Positions 19,323-26,539 of a DNA stretch of 40,000 nt are shown here, piece after piece. This stretch comes from an uncultured Acidobacteriota bacterium (GTDB taxonomy: Bacteria; Acidobacteriota; Terriglobia; Terriglobales; Acidobacteriaceae). Both the position numbers and the translations under genes were made by a program. The stretch's first letter is position 1; the number at the start of each line of letters is the position of its first letter. The stretch spans positions 133,650-173,649 of the forward strand of contig CAWITE010000012.1 of the NCBI GenBank assembly GCA_963838905.1, in the 5' to 3' direction. The notes under the pieces are model-generated. The model saw nothing but the letters and a program-made list of their open reading frames with translations. It was not told where the DNA came from and did not search any database.

Positions 19323-20396
19323 TTACGGCAATCCCAAACTCCCGTATGACCTAGGGTATGTCACGATGCCCCACGGTAGCTTGAATCCTTCGATTGTCCC
19401 GACCAGTTTGTATGAACTCGCATCGATCACAACTACATTGTTTGATCGTCCACAGGCCAATAAAATCCTGGAATCGTCGGGTGTAAATGTGAAATGCCAG
19501 CACCTCGTGCCGGTGGACACTTCTGCTAGGAGTTGCAGAGAATCCGCCGAAAACACTTGGAGTTTACCTGCCAGCGCGGCTGAAACCAAAATGCGCTTAC
19601 CAGCGCGGTCGAACGCGACTCCGTAGGGCTTCGCTGCTGTTGGCACAGATTTGATTGCTTTGAAGTTTGGGTCCATTGTCAGTAACGTTCCCGAGCTTTC
19701 CATCGTCACCGCGTACTGTTTGCCCTGCGGAGACACTTTGACGGCGCGCGGGCGCATTCCGTAGGGTCTCAGATCGACATCTCGCAGATGCCGCCCGGTG
19801 GCTTCGTCGAATACTCCGATGGTTTCCTGCGATTCATTGGCTACCAGCATTAACTTTCCATCGCCTGAAAATTCGATGCCTTCCGTCTCCTGGCCGGCGG
19901 TGGAAGTTGGGCCCGGCACCCAGTCTCCTACGTGGAATGAGGCGATCTGAGCGGGCGGCCCGTTTTCGTCATGGCTGTCATTCTTGGCTTTCGGAGCTCC
20001 GGGAGGTCCGCCCTCCGAACTGGGTTCGAAAGTCGCGAAAAGCCGGTCGCCAGCGGGATTGATCTTGATGAACTCGGGGCTCTCGCCGATATGGATTCGT
20101 CTAAGCAAGCTCAGGTCCGGCGTACTGAAGACCGCACCATCGCTTGTGTTTTTGTTCGATGTGATGACGTATTTTCCGTCGAATGTAACCGCCAGTCCTC
20201 GTGGCGCGAGATCGCCCGGTTCGACCCGGCGGATTACCTTTAGCGTGCTTAGGTCGATCTCGCTGATCCCGCCATCCTCTTCGCTCACATAGGCAACGTT
20301 GGTCGGAACTTTCGGGGAGTCCGTCCCGAGGATTCTCCCTGCGGGGGCGATTATGATAACCGCCAACAACCAAGGGCGGATTGTCCTTGATCCCAT
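19323..20396 (-). CDS. Secreted YVTN/YncE-like beta-propeller repeat protein
   Basis: Signal peptide from MGSRTIRPWLLAVIIIAPAG (start trimmed to ATG 20396). Repeated ~40-aa blades (PRGLAVTFDGKYVITSN, PEFIKINPAGDRLFAT, PRAVKVSPQGKQYAVT, PYGVAFDRAGKRILVS). Confidence 0.7.
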   Translation of the reverse strand: MGSRTIRPWLLAVIIIAPAGRILGTDSPKVPTNVAYVSEEDGGISEIDLSTLKVIRRVEPGDLAPRGLAVTFDGKYVITSNKNTSDGAVFSTPDLSLLRRIHIGESPEFIKINPAGDRLFATFEPSSEGGPPGAPKAKNDSHDENGPPAQIASFHVGDWVPGPTSTAGQETEGIEFSGDGKLMLVANESQETIGVFDEATGRHLRDVDLRPYGMRPRAVKVSPQGKQYAVTMESSGTLLTMDPNFKAIKSVPTAAKPYGVAFDRAGKRILVSAALAGKLQVFSADSLQLLAEVSTGTRCWHFTFTPDDSRILLACGRSNNVVVIDASSYKLVGTIEGFKLPWGIVTYPRSYGSLGLP

Positions 20397-20478
20397 CACG
20401 CATCCTTTCTCAATATCAACTATAAGCCAATGCTCGGCATCCGGCACTCGATGAATCGCTCCGGGTTCTAGAATGTCG

Positions 20479-20787
20479 TTACAACGCGAAAGGTATATTG
20501 CCGCGAGGGGCCGAGTGCGTTGCCGGAGAACAGGCCTCCGAGTCGATTACTTCGAGCGTATTGCTCAGGTTCGTAGCGTCGGCCTGCAAGCGCACCGAAC
20601 GCTTTTCCCGCTGGTAGAGATCGGCGCCCACCGAAGCATTCTGCGTGAAATAAGGATGGATGCGGTCGCGAACGAAATTGAGGTGATTAATCATTACCTG
20701 ACCGTATTGGAGGGCATATTGTTGAGGGGATAAATCCGGTTCAAACGGCAGTCCGCTGTTGTAATCGGCGCCCACAGCGATCCACAA
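20479..20787 (-). pseudogene. Orphan 3' fragment of a TonB-dependent receptor-type outer-membrane barrel
   Basis: The ~100 aa ...GADYNSGLPFEPD...VRLQADATNLSNTLEVIDSEA...APRGNIPFAL* look like the last beta strands and C-terminal aromatic tail of a TonB-dependent receptor. There is no upstream continuation, because the preceding sequence is the 3' end of the PQQ-propeller gene. Confidence 0.5.
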
Positions 20788-20949
20788 GCGCGGGGGCGTT
20801 GTTACGTCAAAGGCATCGGCGAAAGATCCTGACTAATTCGGCGGGGCAGCCTGCTATTGCTATAAATGGCAGACTGCCCCGATATTGTCACATCGAACAT
20901 CGTCGACGTGAGCGATCCATTCAAACGCAAGCCCTCACTCTTGCTCGCC

Positions 20950-22554
20950 TCAATTCTTGCCGCCCAGAGTAAATGCGTACACTTTGTTATTTCCGGTTCC
21001 GATAGTGTAACCAGAACCCCAATAGACGGCGCCGTCCACGATGGATGGCCCATCGATTACGGAACCGCCGCTGGCGAAGTTCCAGAGGATTTTCCCGCTT
21101 GCCGTGTTCAGCGCGTACATCTGCCCCGACAAAGAGGGTGCATACAGGACGCCATTCGCAACACTCACCGAGCCAATATCGAAGGTGCCTTTAGTGGGGT
21201 CTGCTGTCTGCCAAAGGATCTTCCCAGTGGCGACGTCAAGTGCGCCCCACGATCCCCACGTAATCTTCCGTCCCGAAGGCACCAAGGTATATTCGATTTT
21301 GTCGGCATCCGAGATAGCGACATAAACGCTCTTATCATCGGTTGCGGTGCCCCACTCGATGCCTCCTAGGTCACTGCCCGGCCCAACCTGTGTGGCCCAA
21401 ACGAGGTCGCCGCTATCGGGATTTAATGCCCAATAGATGCCGCTCTTTTGGCCAAAACCGACAATATCGCCCACCAGATTGGGCCCCGACCCTCCAAAGT
21501 CGAAATCTGGGCTGGCGGGTACTTCACAATTCTTGTTTGGAGCTTTCTTAGTTAAACAGGCGACTGTCCAAGTGTCAAACTCTCGCGCCTTTCTCGCCCA
21601 CTTGATCTGCCCGGTCTTCAAATCCAATGCAAGAACGCTGTCGAAGTAATCGTCCAGAGCGGTGCAGTCATCGTTTGGAAATTTGTTTTGGCAGGCTTCC
21701 ACATCTGCAGGTGCGGTGTAGTTATCACCGGTGCCGACGTAGAGCGAACCGCGCTTTTTATCAATCGCGGGTGGTTGCCAAACCACTGCGCCGCTGTATC
21801 CGCCCGGCACACCGCCGTTGTCCGGCACAGTGAAGGTCTGCCACAGCACCTTACCGGTCTTTGCATCGAGCGCCACTACGCTGCCACGAAATGTACAACA
21901 ACGATATGTTTTGAATTCCGATGCAGCAAGACTCTCCTCGAACGAAGACACCCCAATGTAAACCACCCCGTCGAAGATAACCGGAGATCCCGTAATGATT
22001 GATGCCGGATGTTTCGACACCTTAGTAATCCACCGGAGCAATCCTGTTCCCTGATCTACTGCGATCACGTTCGCGCCCACCATTTTCAGATTGCCGGGGG
22101 TGAGCATGGCAGGATTGGCGCGAATCGCGCCGCCTTCGCCAGCGATGGGGTTGTCCCCGAAAATCAACTGATTATTAGCGATGTCGACGGCAGGACTAAC
22201 GCGTGAGATAGATCCTTTGGCGCCATCGTAGTCCGAGATCAGGTGAGTCCAGATGAGATTGCCTGTCTCCTTGTTCACTGCGTAGAGATTGCCACCCCAA
22301 TCGGGAAAGTAGACGGCGTTTTTGTAAACGGTAGGAGTAGCAGAAACATCGTTGCTAGTTGTAAACACCCACTTTTTGCTCAGGGTGTGCACGTTGGCGC
22401 GAGTGATTAAGTGCTCTGCCGGCTGGCTGCGGCTGTTGTTGAGATTCTGACCGGCTATTGGCCATTGTGCTTGGCCTTGCGCGGTCAGTGCCGAGACTAA
22501 CAAAAGGACGCTGATCGATGCCGTCATGGGCAATGACACGTTGCGTGCGTTCAT
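20950..22554 (-). CDS. Secreted PQQ-binding-like beta-propeller repeat protein (quinoprotein dehydrogenase-like)
   Basis: Signal peptide (SVLLLVSALTAQGQA). Repeated PQQ-propeller blades (VYFPDWGGNLYAVNKETGNLIW, GSVVALDAKTGKVLWQ, VLALDLKTGQIKW, WALNPDSGDLVWA, GALDVATGKILWQ, GQMYALNTASGKILW). Confidence 0.8.
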   Translation of the reverse strand: MNARNVSLPMTASISVLLLVSALTAQGQAQWPIAGQNLNNSRSQPAEHLITRANVHTLSKKWVFTTSNDVSATPTVYKNAVYFPDWGGNLYAVNKETGNLIWTHLISDYDGAKGSISRVSPAVDIANNQLIFGDNPIAGEGGAIRANPAMLTPGNLKMVGANVIAVDQGTGLLRWITKVSKHPASIITGSPVIFDGVVYIGVSSFEESLAASEFKTYRCCTFRGSVVALDAKTGKVLWQTFTVPDNGGVPGGYSGAVVWQPPAIDKKRGSLYVGTGDNYTAPADVEACQNKFPNDDCTALDDYFDSVLALDLKTGQIKWARKAREFDTWTVACLTKKAPNKNCEVPASPDFDFGGSGPNLVGDIVGFGQKSGIYWALNPDSGDLVWATQVGPGSDLGGIEWGTATDDKSVYVAISDADKIEYTLVPSGRKITWGSWGALDVATGKILWQTADPTKGTFDIGSVSVANGVLYAPSLSGQMYALNTASGKILWNFASGGSVIDGPSIVDGAVYWGSGYTIGTGNNKVYAFTLGGKN

Positions 22555-22624
22555 GGACTTCTCCTTACTCTTAAGCGGAACTAGGTTTGTAATTTAGGCT
22601 CATCCGCTGCAGGAAACCGCCCTA

Positions 22625-22640
22625 CCTGGGCGAGCCCAGG
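22625..22640 (-). promoter_or_regulatory. GC hairpin between the pqqA-like ORF and the PQQ-propeller gene
   Basis: CCTGGGC(22625-22631)/GCCCAGG(22634-22640). No clear U-tract follows in the minus orientation. It could be a processing or stability element like those described between pqqA and pqqB. Confidence 0.35.
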
Positions 22641-22664
22641 ATTTTGGTGCTTCTCTGGCGAGGA

Positions 22665-22742
22665 TTACAGCGCAGCGCTGGCGTAAGAGTTGATCTCACA
22701 GTTCAGCGCGACTTCTTCGAACTTCGGTGCGGTCCACTCCAT
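22665..22742 (-). CDS. pqqA: PqqA-like precursor peptide (25 aa)
   Basis: Absent from the ORF track because it is too short. My translation is MEWTAPKFEEVALNCEINSYASAAL*. It matches the PqqA pattern (W-x-x-P near the N-terminus, then E-x-x-x-Y; here E16...Y20). A perfect AAGGAG lies 6 nt upstream of the ATG. Confidence 0.7.
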   Translation of the reverse strand: MEWTAPKFEEVALNCEINSYASAAL

Positions 22743-22894
22743 GATCTTTCTCCTTTCCGAGAACAGCCTTAACTGTGCATTGTTCCCGTTGAATTGAGCT
22801 GCTTTAGGCTGCATGCACGGGAGGTGCCACTGTCGAATCATCCTCCCGAAATCTTGCTTGTCAAGAAATTTCGTCTCTTAGCCAAAGCGTCTTT

Positions 22895-22926
22895 GTTTAC
22901 ATGAATCAGGGTTTACATGAATCAGG
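22895..22926. repeat. Perfect 16-bp tandem direct repeat (GTTTACATGAATCAGG x2)
   Basis: Read directly: 22895-22910 and 22911-22926 are identical. Confidence 0.95.
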
Positions 22927-23140
22927 ATTCTCGTTTTTGGACAAACGCCACGCCGGGGCCTGTCTCCAAGGTATATCGAAATGCTGGTCTGTCAATGGGC
23001 AACCAATTCGGAATGGGTGCCGGGTATCCATTGAATATTGTAATCACATGCTCTTTCACGGCGGAAGTTGTCAATGGATTGTCATTTTTCTGTAAACATC
23101 CAAAGCGTTAGCGCCCCCACGGCTGGTTGAGACGATTTAT

Positions 23141-24424
23141 TCAGGACGGTTGTTTTGCGGGATTCCAAGCAGCCTTCGCTTGCGCGTGCTTACGGTGTGT
23201 TGCTGCTTCCTTGGCAATCGCTTCAGGGGTATGTCCCGCCACACGTCCGGCCCTCGCGACTTCCGCCAGACGCTTGGTTGCAATCTTAACGTCGCACTCT
23301 GTACAATTCTTTGAATCACCTTGAACCGCTTTGCCGCATCCACGGCAGAGGCGCTCTGGTTTTGGGGCTTTGACTTCCGAAAACGACGGACGACCCTTTG
23401 CGACGCGGCGATGCTGCTGAGTAAGCGGAGTTGAAAGTTTGCCCTCACTTTTTGGTGGAGATGTCGTAGCCCACAAAGTCCGCGCCACGTACTCAGCCCA
23501 GGGCGCAATAAGCTTTCCCCGAGTGGGCGCTGTCTCGGATAGCCAGGCGCAGAGATGAGTCATAAGCCTGCAATTGCCAGTCGCAGTCTCGAAGAAGTCA
23601 GCCCGGCGTAATGGCTCCGTACTCCGCCACTGATGCAACCAGTGCTCTACCTCTGGGCGTACAGGCTTCATAATGTCGCAGGCCAATGAGTCGCGGTTTG
23701 CCCGTGGAAGACGTAGAAAGCCGATTTTTGGATCAAGACCAAGAATGGAGAGGGCTAAACGCTCTTCCGACTCACAAACGGCAAAGATGAAATTCAAAAG
23801 TGCGCTTGCAGGATTCACGGCGAGCCGGGGGCCGCCCGTAAGCGGACTTGCTCGGGTGCCGAACGTGCGCCAGTGGTCGGGAACTCTGCGTAGATCAGAC
23901 CTTGGCCAGAGTAGCGGAACGTCGCGCCATGCATTCCAATATGCGATTGCTGCATGTGCTTCGAGGGTACGGACGCTATCCAAATTGTCAGCGTTGTCCA
24001 GTCTCACCCGGAATCCGGTTATCGCATCCGCGGCCGCTGAGTTTTTCAATTTATCGCGAACCAGGGTTTCCTGCCCGCGCAATTTTGCCGAGATTAATTC
24101 TTTAGAGATCGCGAGCGCAGTTCCATTGCTGAGAGCGCGTGCCTGTGCAAGTCTGAGCCGGGCGTCGGACGGCGCGGTTGGCCCGGTTACGAACACAACT
24201 TTTCCGATACGATCCAGCATCACGGGAGAAGCGCCGATATCGCTTAACCACTTCAGTGCCGAGAGTGTGACGAAGCCATCATCCGAAATACAAACCAATC
24301 GACGCAGATTGTGATTCACGCGGCCAAGCCTGATCGTGCGGCGCTCGTTGCCCACGCCATCTTCGATGTCAAGATGACCGGACTGCATACGCACGCGCAC
24401 GCCAAAGCCGTGGATCGCGAGCAC
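23141..24424 (-). CDS. Stand-alone Cas1-like protein with a C-terminal zinc-ribbon extension
   Basis: Cas1-like blocks occur in order: an N-terminal beta domain (GFGVRVRMQSGHLDIEDG...RRLVCISDDGFVTLSALKWLSDIGASPVMLD), LEAHAAIAYW (Glu155), NPASALLNFIFAV, GLDPKIGFLR and SLACDIMKPVRP. The tail carries C360-x2-C363...C374-x2-C377. GTG start with an in-frame TAG two codons upstream. Family assignment is by eye only. Confidence 0.65.
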   Translation of the reverse strand: MLAIHGFGVRVRMQSGHLDIEDGVGNERRTIRLGRVNHNLRRLVCISDDGFVTLSALKWLSDIGASPVMLDRIGKVVFVTGPTAPSDARLRLAQARALSNGTALAISKELISAKLRGQETLVRDKLKNSAAADAITGFRVRLDNADNLDSVRTLEAHAAIAYWNAWRDVPLLWPRSDLRRVPDHWRTFGTRASPLTGGPRLAVNPASALLNFIFAVCESEERLALSILGLDPKIGFLRLPRANRDSLACDIMKPVRPEVEHWLHQWRSTEPLRRADFFETATGNCRLMTHLCAWLSETAPTRGKLIAPWAEYVARTLWATTSPPKSEGKLSTPLTQQHRRVAKGRPSFSEVKAPKPERLCRGCGKAVQGDSKNCTECDVKIATKRLAEVARAGRVAGHTPEAIAKEAATHRKHAQAKAAWNPAKQPS

Positions 24425-24541
24425 ACCCTAGGAGGTGTCCGGAGTTTCACGGCCTCTATAGCTATCCCCGTCAACGAAAGCCGCGAAGTTGGCGGTCTTG
24501 GACCATTGGATCGGTGTATTGTTGTCTAAGTTTCTATGGAG

Positions 24542-24595
24542 CACGGGCGTCCCGGCCCGTGTTTTCGGCAAAGCGGGACGGGCGAGACGCCCGTC
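24542..24595. promoter_or_regulatory. Two adjacent GC-rich hairpins sharing an ACGGGCG core in a divergent intergenic region
   Basis: Hairpin 1: CACGGGC(24542-48)/GCCCGTG(24555-61), followed by TTTTCGG on the plus strand. Hairpin 2: GACGGGCG(24577-84)/CGCCCGTC(24588-95) with an AGA loop. Arms of the two hairpins are also cross-complementary (ACGGGCGTC with GACGCCCGT). Confidence 0.5.
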
Positions 24596-24670
24596 GCTCC
24601 AACGAAGATCGTGCCGGTGGGTCGTGTGCGAAAAATGTGCTGCCAAGACGAACCTGAGGGGCGGAAAGGC

Positions 24671-26263
24671 ATGCGCAGATTCCTGATCGGCTGGGGCTGC
24701 GCGCTCGTGGTGATCACTCTCAGCCTGGCGGAAACCGGCACTAATTCGCAAAAGGAAACCCTGACCTTCGGTCCTGAGAGTCGCACTTACTACCTGTTCA
24801 CTCCAGGCGGACGGTCAGGGCCCGCGCCGTTGCTCCTGTTGCTTCATGGTTCAGGGCAAGACGGCAAGTCTCTCATCGACCCATGGCAGGAGCTCGCCCA
24901 GAGGGAAGGAATCATTTTGGTGGCGCCGGATTCGAGCGATCCAGCCGAGTGGGATTATCGCAAGGACACGCCGGATTTTTTGCATGCGGTGATTACAGAG
25001 GTCGAATCCAAACACGCCGTCGACCGTCGGCGGGTGTACCTGTTCGGCGATTCGGCAGGTGCTGTGTACGCGCTTTACCTCTCGATTGTGGAATCGGAGT
25101 ACTTCGCAGCGACCGCGGTTCGTGACGGGTTCTTGCCGGAGAGCAATTTCAAACTCGTCGACTCCTCAGAGCGTAGAATTCCGATTTCCATCTGGGCGGG
25201 CACAGACGATGCGGCCTTTCCTCTTCCGCAAGTGAAAGGGACACGGGATGCCTTCAACGCGCGTGGTTTCGCCGTAGAACTTCACGAAATCTCGGGCCAT
25301 GACCAGACCTACGATGCTATCGCTGACGAGGTGAACGAACCGGCATGGCAATTCCTGGCGACAAACAAATTGGGAAAAGATCCCGACTTCCACGCCTTAG
25401 CCCAATTGTTACGTCCCTTCTCAAAGGTCGACTCTGGGACAAAGGTCCCTTCCGACGTGGAGCTCACACCCCAGTCTTTCGACCGGTCAGTCTGGGCGAG
25501 CGCGAAGCCGTATCTGGACGATCCCTTGCCGCAATTGACTGCTGCGATTCCCGAGTTGCACGGATTGGATCCGGCTCCAGACCAGCAGCTGTTGGCGGAA
25601 ATTCTCAAGAAGACTGGCGATAAGAGTCTGGACCTGCTGAGAAAAATGCCGAACGTAATTTCTCACGAGAGTGTGGTCACCAAGATCGAGCCGCGAGGTC
25701 CGACCTGGCGCCAGCAGTTCGAGTATCTGGTTTTGCGTCATGAGGGAACTTGTGAGGTCATGCTGGAAGAGTATCGAACCGATAAGGCGAAGACTGGCAC
25801 CGCCCCACTATCGCAAGGTACGGCTAACGCCTGGGTGCTGTTTCATCCGGGCAACCTGTTTGAGTCGCGGTTTCGTTATCTGGGCCGCCAGCGCATGGAT
25901 GGACACGCCACGATCGTTCTGGCCTTCGCGCAAATCCCCGACAAAGTGAAATTCCCTGGGGAAGTGGCCCTCCCGGGAACATCGGTTCCCGTGCTCTTCC
26001 AGGGGATCGCATGGATCGACGCGTCCGACTTCCGCATCGTTCGCTTGCGAAAGGATCTGCTGGCACCTCGCCCCGATATTTCCCTGCGAACCCTCACATC
26101 GGAAGTTCTCTTCTCTCAGGTTCGCATGCCAGAAGTGGCGGACACGCTTTGGCTTCCACAGGAAGCAACCATTACTTGGGATTTCAAGGGACAGGTGGTG
26201 CAACAACTCCACCGCTACTCTGGCTTCCATCTCTACCGGAGCAAGACGAAGATCGTGATGTGA
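24671..26263 (+). CDS. Secreted alpha/beta-hydrolase (esterase/PHB-depolymerase-like) fused to a ~300-aa C-terminal domain of unknown function
   Basis: Signal peptide MRRFLIGWGCALVVITLSLA after GGAAAGG. LLLLHGSGQDG and the nucleophile elbow GDSAG. I did not recognise the C-terminal half. Start trimmed from 24536 to ATG 24671. Confidence 0.7.
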   Translation: MRRFLIGWGCALVVITLSLAETGTNSQKETLTFGPESRTYYLFTPGGRSGPAPLLLLLHGSGQDGKSLIDPWQELAQREGIILVAPDSSDPAEWDYRKDTPDFLHAVITEVESKHAVDRRRVYLFGDSAGAVYALYLSIVESEYFAATAVRDGFLPESNFKLVDSSERRIPISIWAGTDDAAFPLPQVKGTRDAFNARGFAVELHEISGHDQTYDAIADEVNEPAWQFLATNKLGKDPDFHALAQLLRPFSKVDSGTKVPSDVELTPQSFDRSVWASAKPYLDDPLPQLTAAIPELHGLDPAPDQQLLAEILKKTGDKSLDLLRKMPNVISHESVVTKIEPRGPTWRQQFEYLVLRHEGTCEVMLEEYRTDKAKTGTAPLSQGTANAWVLFHPGNLFESRFRYLGRQRMDGHATIVLAFAQIPDKVKFPGEVALPGTSVPVLFQGIAWIDASDFRIVRLRKDLLAPRPDISLRTLTSEVLFSQVRMPEVADTLWLPQEATITWDFKGQVVQQLHRYSGFHLYRSKTKIVM

Positions 26264-26539
26264 ACCCAACTTAGCAGGCAGGTCACCTCGTCACGTTTTC
26301 GGTTGCGGAACGCGCCGTATCCTCTCCTTCCCTTCACTCTAGCGTTTGGGGAAGTCGATCGGGATTTTAGGACAGCGATTGAAGGGAGCCACGGGCGGTT
26401 TCCCCCATGGAAAGAGTTCATGCTGAGCGCTGCTCTGCCCGGAGTAATTCAGGGCCAACCAACGCGGATTGTCGACAGCGCGCCACCGACAGTCAGTGGC
26501 GTCGCCGTCTCAAATCTTCTGTTTATTTATTACCGTGTA

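Noticed and set aside
22901-23111. Two overlapping 64-aa plus-strand ORFs that each start at the ATG inside one copy of the 16-bp tandem repeat
   Set aside because: They have no RBS, Cys/Trp-rich odd composition and mutually exclusive frames. I treat the region as non-coding.
23673-24314. 213-aa plus-strand ORF antisense to the cas1-like gene
   Set aside because: It is a shadow ORF typical of GC-rich coding DNA. It is Ser/Arg/Ala-rich with no recognisable motifs, whereas the opposite strand has ordered Cas1 blocks.
24536-24670. 45-aa N-terminal extension of the esterase ORF given in the track
   Set aside because: The extension covers two strong hairpins. A good RBS (GGAAAGG) and a classic signal peptide begin at ATG 24671.
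24428-24751. 107-aa minus-strand ORF immediately upstream of the cas1-like gene, considered as a possible Cas2 or partner protein
   Set aside because: It runs across the twin hairpins and antisense to the esterase start. It is Arg/His/Pro-rich with no Cas2-like (ferredoxin-fold) pattern or RBS, and it ends at a TAG just before the cas1-like GTG. It is most likely a chance ORF in GC-rich DNA.
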